A stretch of 64,000 nt of DNA from the NCBI GenBank assembly GCA_964439835.1, contig CAYTPQ010000003.1, positions 55,468 through 119,467 on the forward strand, read 5' to 3'. The DNA is from an uncultured Ectothiorhodospiraceae bacterium. Its GTDB lineage: Bacteria > Pseudomonadota > Gammaproteobacteria > JAABTG01. Shown piece after piece: positions 17,151 to 30,344 of the stretch. Position 1 is the first letter of the stretch; every line of letters starts with the position of its first letter. The notes beneath the pieces are model-generated. The model was given only the letters and a program-made list of their open reading frames with translations. It was not told where the DNA came from and did no database searches. Made by a program: the position numbers and the translations under genes.

Positions 17151-20100
17151 GTGACCCGGCCGTCCGGCAAGGCCGAGCCACCCCACACCGCCGGCGGTCT
17201 GGCCGGCTGGTCGATCCGCCACCCGATCGGGGTGGTGATGCTGTCCCTCGCGGTGGTCGTGCTCGGGGTCTTCGCGGCCTCTCGGCTGGGCATCGACCTG
17301 CTGCCGCACATCGTGTACCCGGAGATCGGGGTCCGGGTCACGGACCCGGGGGTGCCCGCGGTGATCATGGAGGACCAGGTGACCCGCCCGCTCGAGGAGG
17401 CCCTGGCGGCGACGGAGGACGCCATCGCGCTGCAGTCACAGAGCACCGAGGGGCGGAGCAGCGTCGACCTCTCCTTCGCCTACGGCACCGACGTGGACCA
17501 GGCCCTGCGCGACGCCAGCAGCCGGCTGGACCGGGCCAAGCGCCTGCTGCCAACCACCGTCGAGCCGGCCACCATCTTCAAGCGCGACCCCTCCCAGATC
17601 CCGGTGGTGGAGCTGGTGATCGCCTCGCCCCTGCGCGACCCGGTGGCGCTTCGGACCTGGGTCGACGACGTCTTCGCCCGCTGGTTCATCAACCTTCCCG
17701 GCGTCGCCGCCACCGAGGTCGGCGGCGGGCTGGTGCGGGAGATCCACATCCTGCCCGACCAGCAGCGCCTGGCGGGGCTGGGGTTGACGGTGGAGGACCT
17801 GGCGCGCGCGGTCGCGGCGGCGAACCGGGACACCCCAGGCGGGCGCCTGCGTGCGGAGGGCACGGACCTGGTAGGACGCACCAGCGGCCGGTTCGCGGGC
17901 GTCGCGGAGCTGGCCGACCTGCCGCTGGACCTCCCGGGACTCCCGGGCGAGGCGCCGGTCCTGCGTCTGGGCGAGGTCGCCGAGGTCATCGACACCCACG
18001 AGGACGAGCGGCTGCGGGTGCGGGTGAACGGCACCGCCGGCATCAAGCTCTCGGTCCAGAAGCAGCCGCAGGCCAACACAGTCGAGGTGGTCGACGGCGT
18101 CCTCGCGCGCCTCGCCTGGCTGCGGGACCAGGGGCTGGTGCCCGCCGACGTCACCGTGGTCACGGTCGACGAGCAGGCGCGCTACGTCCGCCAGGCCCTG
18201 GCCAACGCCCGGGACGCGGTCGTGAGCGGGGCCGTGCTGGCGATGCTCGTGGTTTATCTGTTCCTCGGCAGTGTCACGCGCACGCTGGTCATCGGCAGCG
18301 TCATTCCGATCGCGGTGATGGTGACCTTCGTGCTGATGGACGCCGGAGGCCTGACACTCAACATCATGTCGCTCGGCGGACTCGCCCTCGGCGTCGGCCT
18401 GCTGGTCGACAACACCATCGTGATGTTGGAGAACGTGGTCCGTCACCAGTCGGCCGGCGAACCGGCGGGGGAAGCCCCGCTCGCCGCCGCCCGGGAGGTG
18501 CAGGGGGCGCTGGTGGCCTCGACCTCGACCAACCTGGCCGCGGTGCTGCCGTTCCTGTTCGTCGGCGGGCTGGTCGGCCTGCTCTTCCGGGAGCTGATCT
18601 TCACCATCTCGGCGGCAACCCTGGCCTCCCTGGTGGTCGCCCTGACCCTGGTGCCGGCGCTCACGGCGAGGTCAGCCCCGTCCGCACCGGGCCGCCTGCG
18701 GCGCGGCGTGGACCGGGCGGTGGACGCCCTGGGCTCGGGCTACGCCCGGCTGGTCGCCCTGACCCTGCGGGTCCCCTGGCTACCTCCGCTCGTGCTCGGG
18801 GCCGTGCTCGCGGCCACCCTGCCGACCTTCCTGACCGGCAAGCAGGTCTTCTTCCCGGACATGGACGAGGGGCGGATCTCGGTCAGCGTGGTGGCCGACC
18901 CCGGCATCCCGCTCGACGAGATGGACAGCCGGGTCGGGCGACTGGAGGCGCTCCTGCTCGCCCAGCCAGAGGTGGTCAACGTCTACGCCCAGGTCGGGGG
19001 CAACGTCTTCGGCCGCTCGCAGTTCGAGTCGCCTAACCGCGCCACCCTGTCGGTGTACCTGGTGCCGGCCGACCGGCGAACGGTCAGCACCGACGGTTGG
19101 ATCCAGCGGATGCAACGGGAGGTCGCCGCACTGAAGCTCGCCGGGACCACGGTGCGGATGACCAGCCAGGGGATCCGGGGGATCCGCTACAGCCGCGGGG
19201 ACGAGAGCCTGAGCGTGCGAGTACGCGGACCGGACCTGGAGGTCCTGGCCCGCCTCGGTGAAGAGGCGGTGGAGCGCATCCGGGACCTGCCGGGCCTGCG
19301 CAACGTCCAGCACTCGCTGGAGGAGGTCCGCCAGGAGCTGTCGGTGCGGGTCGACCGGGAGCGTGCCGCCGCCCTCGGCCTCACGGTCGAGGAGGTGGGC
19401 CGGGCGGTCCAGATTGCCCTAGAGGGGCGCGTGATCTCGGACTTCCTCGACGGCGACCGCCGGTTCGACGTGCGCCTGCGCCTGCCGCCGCTGGAGTTCA
19501 GCAGCGCCGCCGCCCTCGAGGGGCTGCTGCTCTACCCGCCGGCGGGCGAGCGGGCGCCGGTTTACCTCGGCGACGTGGCCCGGGTGGAGCTCGCCCCGGC
19601 CCCGGTCACCATCCGGCGCGACCAGCAGCAGCGGATCGTCGAGGTGAGCGCGAGCCCGACCGGTGAGCGTACCCTTGGCGAGGTCAGTGCGGAGGTCTGG
19701 GCGAGGCTCGCCGATATGCCGCTGCCCGAGGGTTACTCCCTCTACGACGGTGGGACCTTGAAAGCCCTGCAGGAGAGCCAGGGGCAGGGGCGGGCGATGC
19801 TCGGGCTGGCGATCTTCCTGGTGCTGGTCGTGATGGCGGTGCAGTACGAATCGCTGCGAAATCCCTTGGTGGTGCTGGTGAGCGTGCCGTTCGCGGCCAT
19901 CGGCGTGGCGCTGGCGATCCGGGCCCTCGATCTGCCCCTCTCGATGCCGGTCTGGCTCGGCCTCATCATGCTGGCGGGGATCGTGGTCAACAACGCCATC
20001 GTGCTGGTGGAGTACGTCGAGCAGGCCCGGGCCCGCGGGGCCGCGCGGGACGAGGCCATCGTCGAGGCGGCCCGGCTGCGCCTGCGGCCGATCCTGATGA

Positions 20101-20573
20101 CCACCCTGACGACGGTGGTCGGCATGCTGCCCCTGGCGCTGGGCGTCGGCCAGGGCTCGGAGATGCTGCGTCCCCTCGCCCTCACCATCGTCTGGGGCCT
20201 GGCCTTCTCGACCCTGGTCACCCTCATCCTGATCCCTGCGGTCTACCGCCTGGCCCACCCGATCAATGGGGTCAGACACCTTTGGTCGGGGGTTGAGGTC
20301 GCCCGACCAAAGGTGTCTGACCCCATTGATCGCTCGTACCCGTCGCTGCAGTCGTCCGAGCTGGCGGCCAGAGCGGACGTGGAGCCCTCCCCCCCGGCGG
20401 CGGGCGGCCAAACACCGTGGGACTCACTGCCGGCAGAGCAGCAGACGCGCCTGCGGGTCGAGTACGGCCGCTACCTGGACTCGCTACCGCCCACCTGCTC
20501 GCTCGAGGAGAAGAACGCCCGCTTTGCCCGCTGGCTGGCGGAGCGCGGCGTGGTCTACGTCCCGCCGCAATAG
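17151..20573 (+). CDS. RND efflux pump inner-membrane component (HAE1/AcrB family), with an in-frame family A repeat and an ~80-aa C-terminal extension
   Basis: 12-TM AcrB-like architecture (IRHPIGVVMLSLAVVVLG...). TM12 ends at about aa 1035. The repeat at 20261-20331 follows, and the frame stays open for a further 80 aa. Confidence 0.85.
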   Translation: MTRPSGKAEPPHTAGGLAGWSIRHPIGVVMLSLAVVVLGVFAASRLGIDLLPHIVYPEIGVRVTDPGVPAVIMEDQVTRPLEEALAATEDAIALQSQSTEGRSSVDLSFAYGTDVDQALRDASSRLDRAKRLLPTTVEPATIFKRDPSQIPVVELVIASPLRDPVALRTWVDDVFARWFINLPGVAATEVGGGLVREIHILPDQQRLAGLGLTVEDLARAVAAANRDTPGGRLRAEGTDLVGRTSGRFAGVAELADLPLDLPGLPGEAPVLRLGEVAEVIDTHEDERLRVRVNGTAGIKLSVQKQPQANTVEVVDGVLARLAWLRDQGLVPADVTVVTVDEQARYVRQALANARDAVVSGAVLAMLVVYLFLGSVTRTLVIGSVIPIAVMVTFVLMDAGGLTLNIMSLGGLALGVGLLVDNTIVMLENVVRHQSAGEPAGEAPLAAAREVQGALVASTSTNLAAVLPFLFVGGLVGLLFRELIFTISAATLASLVVALTLVPALTARSAPSAPGRLRRGVDRAVDALGSGYARLVALTLRVPWLPPLVLGAVLAATLPTFLTGKQVFFPDMDEGRISVSVVADPGIPLDEMDSRVGRLEALLLAQPEVVNVYAQVGGNVFGRSQFESPNRATLSVYLVPADRRTVSTDGWIQRMQREVAALKLAGTTVRMTSQGIRGIRYSRGDESLSVRVRGPDLEVLARLGEEAVERIRDLPGLRNVQHSLEEVRQELSVRVDRERAAALGLTVEEVGRAVQIALEGRVISDFLDGDRRFDVRLRLPPLEFSSAAALEGLLLYPPAGERAPVYLGDVARVELAPAPVTIRRDQQQRIVEVSASPTGERTLGEVSAEVWARLADMPLPEGYSLYDGGTLKALQESQGQGRAMLGLAIFLVLVVMAVQYESLRNPLVVLVSVPFAAIGVALAIRALDLPLSMPVWLGLIMLAGIVVNNAIVLVEYVEQARARGAARDEAIVEAARLRLRPILMTTLTTVVGMLPLALGVGQGSEMLRPLALTIVWGLAFSTLVTLILIPAVYRLAHPINGVRHLWSGVEVARPKVSDPIDRSYPSLQSSELAARADVEPSPPAAGGQTPWDSLPAEQQTRLRVEYGRYLDSLPPTCSLEEKNARFARWLAERGVVYVPPQ
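20261..20331. repeat. Family A palindromic element, copy 2, in frame in the C-terminal tail of the RND pump ORF
   Basis: gatcaatggggtcagacacctttggtcggg-ggttgaggtc-gcccgaccaaaggtgtctgaccccattgatc, translated as ...INGVRHLWSGVEVARPKVSDPID... Confidence 0.75.
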
Positions 20574-20773
20574 CGTGTAGAAACGGGGACGCTCTGGTCT
20601 TCCCCCTTCCCCCGGCGCCTGGGGATCGGCCCGGGTACCCGAGCAAGGGCGTGGTCGCGGCGGTAGCGGGAAAACCAGAGTGCCCCGCGCACCCACGCCC
20701 CGCCCGGCCCTCGGGCGTATCGAGTACACTGCTGCGGTCTACGGCCAACCCTCTGCCGCCCGGCCCGAGCTCG

Positions 20774-23581
<2,808 letters not shown>

Positions 23582-23612
23582 ATCGACCCGTTCCCGATCG
23601 AAGGAGGATGTC

Positions 23613-24749
23613 ATGTCCCACCGTGCACCGAATTCCGCAACCGCCCACCGCCGGACCGTTCTCCTCGCCCGCACGCTGGGAGCCGCCGTCTTGATCGCGT
23701 CCCTGCCCGGCCTGCCCGCCCTCGCCCAGACCGAGCCCGCCGCGGGACCCGGTCCAGCCGCCGTGGCGGACGCCGACCGTCTGCAGCAGGAGATCGACGC
23801 CCTCAAGCGTCAGCTCGGGGCCCTGAAAGACGAGGCCAGCGCCGCCGCGGCGAAGCTCTCCGGTGAGAAGGACACCCTGGCGAAGGACCTGACCGAGGCC
23901 AAGAAGGCCCTGGGCCGAGCCGAGGCCGAGCGGGACGCGAAGGCTGCGGCCGTCGCCCAAGTGGAGAAGGCCCGGACGGAGGCCGATCAGGCGGCCAAAG
24001 ACGCCCAGGCAAAGCTCGCGGCGACGGAGAAGGCCTGGGCGGAAAAGGTCGCCGCCGCCGAGAAGTCAACGGCCGAGAAGCTGGCGGCCGCCGAGCAACG
24101 CATGAAGGAGCTGGGGGACCGGGCCGAGGCGGCCGCGAAGGACGCGGCAGACCGGGTCGCGGCGGCGGAGAAGGCTGCCGCCGAGCGTCTGGCGTCGGCG
24201 CAGGCCGAGGCGAAGGCCCAGGCCGAGCGGGCAACGACGCTCGCCGCCGAGCGCGACGCGGCGGCCAAGGCCCGCGAGGCGGCCGAGCAGGCGCTCGCCG
24301 GCGCCAAGTCCGCGGCAGCGACCGCAGAGGCCGCGCTGGGGACGCTGAAGGGCCGGGTCGCCGCCCTCGAGACCTCCCTGGAAGACGCCCGCTCGCGGGT
24401 GCCGGTCGGCCAGGGCGGCGCCTTCACCCTCGAACAGGCCCAGGGCCTGGCGGCGCAGGCCGGGGCAGCCTACGTCGCCGCCGCGAAAGAGGCCAGGGAG
24501 AAACCGTCAGCCGCGACCCGCGCCGCCGCCGACGAGGCGATGCAGCGCCTGCGTGCGGCGCAGCTCGACGTGGCCCGCATCATCGGCGCCCGCGGCGTCT
24601 ACCCGTTGCGCAAGGAGGACACCCTGGCGATCGTATCGGCCCGCTTCTACGGCAGCCCCAACCGTTGGCCGGCGATCTTCGAGGCCAACAAGGCCGTGCT
24701 GGGGAACCCCGACCAGGTGCTGCCGGGGATCACCGTCGTGGTCCCCTGA
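23613..24749 (+). CDS. Secreted Ala/Glu/Lys-rich coiled-coil protein with a C-terminal LysM peptidoglycan-binding domain
   Basis: Signal peptide (TVLLARTLGAAVLIASLPGLPALA), a long low-complexity repetitive coiled-coil (AAAEKxAAEK...) and a C-terminal LysM (DTLAIVSARFYGSPNRWPAIFEANK). Confidence 0.7.
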   Translation: MSHRAPNSATAHRRTVLLARTLGAAVLIASLPGLPALAQTEPAAGPGPAAVADADRLQQEIDALKRQLGALKDEASAAAAKLSGEKDTLAKDLTEAKKALGRAEAERDAKAAAVAQVEKARTEADQAAKDAQAKLAATEKAWAEKVAAAEKSTAEKLAAAEQRMKELGDRAEAAAKDAADRVAAAEKAAAERLASAQAEAKAQAERATTLAAERDAAAKAREAAEQALAGAKSAAATAEAALGTLKGRVAALETSLEDARSRVPVGQGGAFTLEQAQGLAAQAGAAYVAAAKEAREKPSAATRAAADEAMQRLRAAQLDVARIIGARGVYPLRKEDTLAIVSARFYGSPNRWPAIFEANKAVLGNPDQVLPGITVVVP

Positions 24750-27372
24750 GGTCCGGACGCCGAGGTCCAGCCCCCGCGGTCGGCACGGCCCGCCAGGGGT
24801 CCTCGGGCCAGGGGTGCTTCGGGTAGCGGCCGCGGAGCTCTCGGCGCACCTCGGGGTAGGTGCGCTCCCAGAAGCTCCGCAGATCGCGGGTCACCTGCAT
24901 CGGCCGCCCGGCGGGCGACAGCAGGTGTAGGGTCGCCGCCACCTCGCCCCAGCAGACCCGGGGCGTGTCGGCGAGCCCGAACATCTCCTGCAGCTTGACC
25001 GCCAGCACAGGCGGCTCGCCGGGTACGTAGGCGAGCCGGCGCCGCGCCCCGCTCGGCACCTGGACGTGGGTGGGGGCACCCTCCTCCAGGCGCCGGCGCC
25101 AGTCCCCGCCGATGGCAGCTTGTACGAGCGGCTGCAGCACGGCGACCAGGTCGAGCCGCTGGAGGTGGTCCAGGCGCATCATGCCCACGAGCCAGGGCGC
25201 GAGCCATTCCGCGAGGGTCTCCGACAGCACGGCGTCCGAGAGGTCGGGCCAGGATTCCCCGGGACGCCAGGCCCGCAGGGACAACACCCTCGCCTGCAGC
25301 TCGCGGGCGGCGTCGGTCCAGGGCAGGACCGCCAGCCCGCGTCGGCGGACGCCTTCGAGTAGGGCCACCCGCAACCGCCCGGAGTCCGGCCGGTCCAGCG
25401 GCCGCGTCGACAGCAGGAGTGCGCCCAAGCGCTCCTCCAACCGCGCAACTACCGTTCCGTCCCGGTCGTCCCACTCGACCACCTCCACCGTCTCGCGACA
25501 TCCGGCCGACGCCGACGCCAGGGCGTCGGCGTCCAGGGCCACCGCGAGGAACACCCGCCCGTCCGCCGCCCTCGCTTCCAGGGAGGCCGCCACCAGATAC
25601 TCCTCACGGGCCAGCGGGTCGCCGTCGGGCAGGCGGGCACCGCGGCCGCCCGCGAGCCGATAGCGGCTGCCGTCTGCGCCCTGGCGCTGGCCGATCCGGT
25701 CCGGGTAGGCGAGCGCCAGCAGCAGTCCCGGGCCTGTTCGGCCGGGGCGCACCGCACTCGGCTCGCCCTCCCCTCGTCCCCGGGTCCCCGTTTTCGGGTG
25801 GGGGCCTTCCCGCTCTGCGCCGACCAGCTGTCGAGCCTGACGGGCCGCCCGGTCGACCCGGGCGCAGGCCGCCGGGTCCGCCCCGACGGCACGGGCGCCC
25901 GCGTCTCCGTGCCGGCGCCAGCGGCGCAGGGCCTCGAGGCGGTCGGCCACGTCGGTCGACCGCAGCGGCCCGCCGCCGCGCAGCACGTCGCGCTCGGACA
26001 GAAGCGCCGCCAGGTCCGCGCCCAGGGACTCCTCTCCCGCCTGCGCCGCCCCCAGGAGCATCCGCGCCAGCCGCGGGTGGAACGGCAGCCCCGCCATACG
26101 CCGGCCCGCGGCCGTGACGCGTCCCGCGGAGTCGAGCGCCCCGAGCGAGACCAGCAGCTCGCGCGCCTGGGCGAAGGCGCCGGCCGGGGGCGGGTCGATC
26201 CAGCGCAGGTTCGCCGGGTCGGCCACGCCCCACTGGGCCAGCTCCAGGGCCAGCGTCGCCAGATCCGCCTCCAGGATCTCCGGCGGGGTGAAGGCCAGCA
26301 GCCCGCGCTGGGTCGTCTCCGTCCAGAGGCGGTAGGCAACGCCCGGGGCCAGCCGCCCGGCACGCCCGGCCCGCTGGTCGGCCGAGGCGCGTGAGACGCG
26401 GAAGGTCTCCAGCCGCGTTAGGCCGCTCGCCGGGTCGAACCGGGGCCGTCGGGCGAGGCCCGAGTCGACGACCGCCCGCACCCCCTCGATGGTGAGGCTG
26501 GTCTCGGCGATGGGCGTCGCCAGCACCACCCTCCGGCGGCCCACCCCGGAAGGCCGCAGCGCCCGGTCCTGGGCCTCCCCCGGCAGGTCGCCGTACAGCG
26601 GCACGACCTCCGTGTCCGTCAGATCCGCCAGGCGGTCCGCCGTCGCCCGGATCTCGCCGCCCCCCGGCAGGAAGGCCAGCACGTCGCCGGCGTGGGCGGC
26701 CAGCGTCCGCCGGACCGCGTCGGACACCGTGTCCGGGACCGGGCGGGTCGGCTCCCGGGCCAGGTAGGAGACCTCCACCGGGAAGGACCGACCGCCACCG
26801 GACACGACCGGGGCCCCGCCCAGCACCCGGGCGGCCGCGGCCGTATCGAGGGTGGCCGACGACAGCAGCAGCCGCAGGTCCTCGCGCAGCCCGCCCTGGA
26901 CGTCGAGCACCAGGGCAAGGGCCAGATCGAGCAGCAGACTGCGCTCGTGGGCCTCGTCCAGCATCACCAGGCCGACGCCCTCCAGTGCCGGGTCGCCCTG
27001 CAGACGGCGGAGCAGGATGCCCTCCGTGACCACCTCGATCCGGGTCCGCGCCGAGACCCGCTGGTCGAACCGCACCCGGTAGCCGACCGTCTCCCCGACC
27101 CGCTCGCCGAGCAGGTCCGCCATCCGGGTCGCGGCGGCCCGCGCCGCCAGCCGCCGCGGCTCGGACACCAGGATCGACCGCCCCGCCAGCCAGGGCTCGC
27201 CGAGCAGGGCCAACGGCACCAGGGTGGTCTTGCCCGACCCCGGCGGCGCCGCCAGTACCGCCGACCACCCGCGCGGCAGGGCCGACTTCAGCCGGCCATC
27301 CCCCGCCAGCACCTCCCGCAGCTCGGGCAGGACCTCTCGAATCGGCAGGTCGGGGAGGGCAAGGTCGATCAT
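24730..27372 (-). CDS. hrpB: ATP-dependent RNA helicase HrpB (DEAH-box)
   Basis: Walker A APPGSGKTT, DEAH box (VMLDEAHERS) and the HrpB-specific C-terminal domain. SD gagga before the ATG at 27372. Confidence 0.85.
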   Translation of the reverse strand: MIDLALPDLPIREVLPELREVLAGDGRLKSALPRGWSAVLAAPPGSGKTTLVPLALLGEPWLAGRSILVSEPRRLAARAAATRMADLLGERVGETVGYRVRFDQRVSARTRIEVVTEGILLRRLQGDPALEGVGLVMLDEAHERSLLLDLALALVLDVQGGLREDLRLLLSSATLDTAAAARVLGGAPVVSGGGRSFPVEVSYLAREPTRPVPDTVSDAVRRTLAAHAGDVLAFLPGGGEIRATADRLADLTDTEVVPLYGDLPGEAQDRALRPSGVGRRRVVLATPIAETSLTIEGVRAVVDSGLARRPRFDPASGLTRLETFRVSRASADQRAGRAGRLAPGVAYRLWTETTQRGLLAFTPPEILEADLATLALELAQWGVADPANLRWIDPPPAGAFAQARELLVSLGALDSAGRVTAAGRRMAGLPFHPRLARMLLGAAQAGEESLGADLAALLSERDVLRGGGPLRSTDVADRLEALRRWRRHGDAGARAVGADPAACARVDRAARQARQLVGAEREGPHPKTGTRGRGEGEPSAVRPGRTGPGLLLALAYPDRIGQRQGADGSRYRLAGGRGARLPDGDPLAREEYLVAASLEARAADGRVFLAVALDADALASASAGCRETVEVVEWDDRDGTVVARLEERLGALLLSTRPLDRPDSGRLRVALLEGVRRRGLAVLPWTDAARELQARVLSLRAWRPGESWPDLSDAVLSETLAEWLAPWLVGMMRLDHLQRLDLVAVLQPLVQAAIGGDWRRRLEEGAPTHVQVPSGARRRLAYVPGEPPVLAVKLQEMFGLADTPRVCWGEVAATLHLLSPAGRPMQVTRDLRSFWERTYPEVRRELRGRYPKHPWPEDPWRAVPTAGAGPRRPDLRGPRR

Positions 27373-27446
27373 AAGTATCCTCAATTGGCGTGGGGTCTTC
27401 TGCACAAATTAGACTTTGGTTGTATACGCCTTCGCGAGCGCTCCCC

Positions 27447-30341
27447 ATGCAGGACCCTGCTGCCCGCTCCGACCTCGACGTCGGTCGCGTCGAGGTCAAG
27501 AACACCACGTGCTACATGTGCGCCTGTCGCTGCGGGATCCGGGTGACGGTCCGCGACGGCCAGGTCCGCTACATCCAGGGCAACCCCGACCACCCCCTGA
27601 ACCGCGGCGTCATCTGTGCCAAGGGGGCCTCGGGGATCATGAAGCAGTACTCGCCCGCCCGGCTCACCGTGCCCCTGCGGCGCAAGCCGGAGGCGGTGCG
27701 CGGCGAAGGCCAGTTCGAGGCGATCTCCTGGGACGAGGCCTTCCACACCCTGGAGGACCGCCTGGCGCGTATCCGGGCCGAGGACCCCCGGCAGTTCGCG
27801 CTCTTCACCGGGCGCGACCAGATGCAGGCCTTGACCGGACTCTTCGCCAAGCAGTTCGGCACCCCGAACTACGCCGCCCACGGCGGGTTCTGCTCGGTCA
27901 ACATGGCCGCCGGGATGATCTACACCATCGGCGGCTCGTTCTGGGAGTTCGGCGGGCCGGACCTGGAGCGCGCCAAGCTCTTCGTGATGCTCGGCACCGC
28001 CGAGGACCACCACTCGAACCCGTACAAGATCGCCATCTCCAAGCTCAAGCGCAGCGGCGGCCGGTTCGTCTCCGTGAACCCGGTGCGCACCGGCTACTCG
28101 GCCATCGCCGACGAGTGGGTGCCGGTCCGCCCCGGCACGGACGGCGCGCTGCTGCTGGCCTGGATCCGGGAGATCCTCCACCAGGGCCTGTACGACCGGG
28201 ACTTCCTGATCCGCTACACCAACGCCGCCGAGCTGGTCGACCTGACCCCGGGGGGCGGCGACGAAGGGCTGTTCGTGCGCGGGGCCGCGCCGATCGAGCC
28301 GGGCTGCTTCGACCCCCAGAACAAGCTCTGGTGGGACCGGGTCACCAACCAGCCGGTCACCACCCACGCCGAGGGCGCCGACCCCTACCTGCTCGGGTCC
28401 TTCCGCCTGGGTGACGGCCGCCCGGTCAAGCCCGCCTTCCAGCTGCTGAAGGAGCGGGTCGAGGACTACACGCCCGAGTGGGCCGAGGGGATCACCGGCG
28501 TGCCCGCGGCGACCATCCGCCGGCTCGCCCACGAGATGGGGGTCACCGCCCGCGACCAGCGAATCGAGCTGCCGATCCCCTGGACCGACTGCTGGGACCA
28601 GGAGCACGGCTCGGTCACCGGCAACCCGGTGGCCTTCCACGCCATGCGCGGGCTCGCCGCCCACTCGAACGGCTTCCAGACCATCCGCGCCCTGGCGGTC
28701 CTGATGACGCTGCTCGGCACCATCGACCGCCCGGGCGGCTTCCGGCACAAGCCGCCGTTCCCCCGCCCGATCCCGCCCTGCGCCAAGCCGCCGAAGGGGC
28801 CCCAGGACGTCCGTCCGGGGGAGCCGCTCACCGGGATGCCGCTCGGCTGGCCGGCCTCTCCCGACGACCTGGCGGTGGACGAGGCGGGCGAGCCGCTGCG
28901 GATCGACCGGGCCTTCTCCTGGGAGTACCCGCTGGCGGTCCACGGGCTGATGCACAACGTCATCACCAACGCCTGGCGGGGCGACCCCTACCGGATCGAC
29001 ACCCTGCTGATCTTCATGGCCAACATGGCCTGGAACTCGACCATGCACACGGCCGAGGTCCGGCAGATGCTGGCGGACCGGGACGGGCAAGGCGAGTACC
29101 GCATCCCGTTCCTGGTAGTGGCGGACGCCTTCCAGTCGGAGATAACGGCCTTCGCCGACCTGGTTCTCCCGGACACCACGTACCTGGAGCGCCACGACGT
29201 GATGTCGATGCTGGACCGGCCGATCTCGGAGTTCGACGGCCCGGTCGACTCGGTCCGCATCCCGGTGGTCTCGCCCAAGGGCCAGTGCAAGCCGTTCCAG
29301 GAGGTGCTGATCGAGCTCGGCTCGCGCCTGCGGCTGCCGGCCTTCCTGAACCCGGACGGGACCCGGCGGTACCGGGACTACCCGGACTTCGTCGTCAACT
29401 ACGAGACCGAGCCGGGCAGCGGGATCGGCTTCCTCGCGGGCTGGCGCGGCAAGGGCGGCGAGCGCTTCATGCGCGGCGAGCCGAACCCCCGACAGTGGGA
29501 CATGTACGCCCAGAACGGCGCCTTCTTCCACTACGAGCTGCCGCGCTCGTTCCAGTACATGCGCAACTGGAACAAGGGCTACCTGAACTGGGCCCGCCAC
29601 CACGGCCTGACCCGCTTCGCCGAGCCCATCACCATCCACCTGTACTCGGAGGTCTTGCAGCGCTTCCGGCTCGCCGCCGAAGGCCGGCGCCCGGGCCGCC
29701 AACCACCCGAGCGCCTGCGCGAGCGGGTGCGCACGCACTTCGACCCGCTGCCCTTCTACAGCGAGCCATTGGAGTCCCAGCTAGTGGACACCCAGAGGTA
29801 CCCGCTGAACGCTGTCACCCAGCGGCCGATGGCGATGTACCACTCCTGGGACAGCCAGAATGCGTGGCTACGCCAGATCCATGCCCACAACTACCTGTTC
29901 GTGCACCCGAAGGTGGGCCACGCGGGCAGCTTCGACGACGGCGACTGGGTGTGGGTGGAGTCGGTCTGGGGACGGGTGCGCTGCATGGCCCGCTTCTCGG
30001 AGGGCGTCGAGCCCGGCACGGTCTGGACCTGGAACGCCATCGGCAAGGCGCCGGGCGCCTGGGGGCTGTCGCCGAAGGCCAACGAGGCCCGCCTGGGATT
30101 TCTCCTGAACCACGTGATCGGCGAGGAGCTGCCCGCCCACGCCGCCGGTGAGCACGTCTCCAACTCGGACCCGGTGACCGGCCAGGCGGCCTGGTACGAC
30201 GCCCGCGTGCGGGTCTACCGGGCCGACCCGAGCGAGCCGCGGCGGACCTCGCCGGAGTTCAAGGCGCTGAGGCCCTACCCGGGGATGGAGCCGCGCCGGG
30301 GCCGGTGGCTCACCTTCGTGGCGGGTATGTTCGGCAAATGA
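27447..30341 (+). CDS. Molybdopterin-dependent oxidoreductase catalytic subunit (DMSO reductase family; PsrA/PhsA/TtrA-like). No Tat signal is detectable
   Basis: N-terminal [4Fe-4S] motif CYMCACRCG and bis-MGD domain architecture. It is followed by FeS and NrfD-like subunit genes. The N-terminus MQDPAARSDLDVGRVEVKNTTC has no RRxFLK motif and no hydrophobic core. Confidence 0.85.
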   Translation: MQDPAARSDLDVGRVEVKNTTCYMCACRCGIRVTVRDGQVRYIQGNPDHPLNRGVICAKGASGIMKQYSPARLTVPLRRKPEAVRGEGQFEAISWDEAFHTLEDRLARIRAEDPRQFALFTGRDQMQALTGLFAKQFGTPNYAAHGGFCSVNMAAGMIYTIGGSFWEFGGPDLERAKLFVMLGTAEDHHSNPYKIAISKLKRSGGRFVSVNPVRTGYSAIADEWVPVRPGTDGALLLAWIREILHQGLYDRDFLIRYTNAAELVDLTPGGGDEGLFVRGAAPIEPGCFDPQNKLWWDRVTNQPVTTHAEGADPYLLGSFRLGDGRPVKPAFQLLKERVEDYTPEWAEGITGVPAATIRRLAHEMGVTARDQRIELPIPWTDCWDQEHGSVTGNPVAFHAMRGLAAHSNGFQTIRALAVLMTLLGTIDRPGGFRHKPPFPRPIPPCAKPPKGPQDVRPGEPLTGMPLGWPASPDDLAVDEAGEPLRIDRAFSWEYPLAVHGLMHNVITNAWRGDPYRIDTLLIFMANMAWNSTMHTAEVRQMLADRDGQGEYRIPFLVVADAFQSEITAFADLVLPDTTYLERHDVMSMLDRPISEFDGPVDSVRIPVVSPKGQCKPFQEVLIELGSRLRLPAFLNPDGTRRYRDYPDFVVNYETEPGSGIGFLAGWRGKGGERFMRGEPNPRQWDMYAQNGAFFHYELPRSFQYMRNWNKGYLNWARHHGLTRFAEPITIHLYSEVLQRFRLAAEGRRPGRQPPERLRERVRTHFDPLPFYSEPLESQLVDTQRYPLNAVTQRPMAMYHSWDSQNAWLRQIHAHNYLFVHPKVGHAGSFDDGDWVWVESVWGRVRCMARFSEGVEPGTVWTWNAIGKAPGAWGLSPKANEARLGFLLNHVIGEELPAHAAGEHVSNSDPVTGQAAWYDARVRVYRADPSEPRRTSPEFKALRPYPGMEPRRGRWLTFVAGMFGK

Positions 30342-30344
30342 AGC

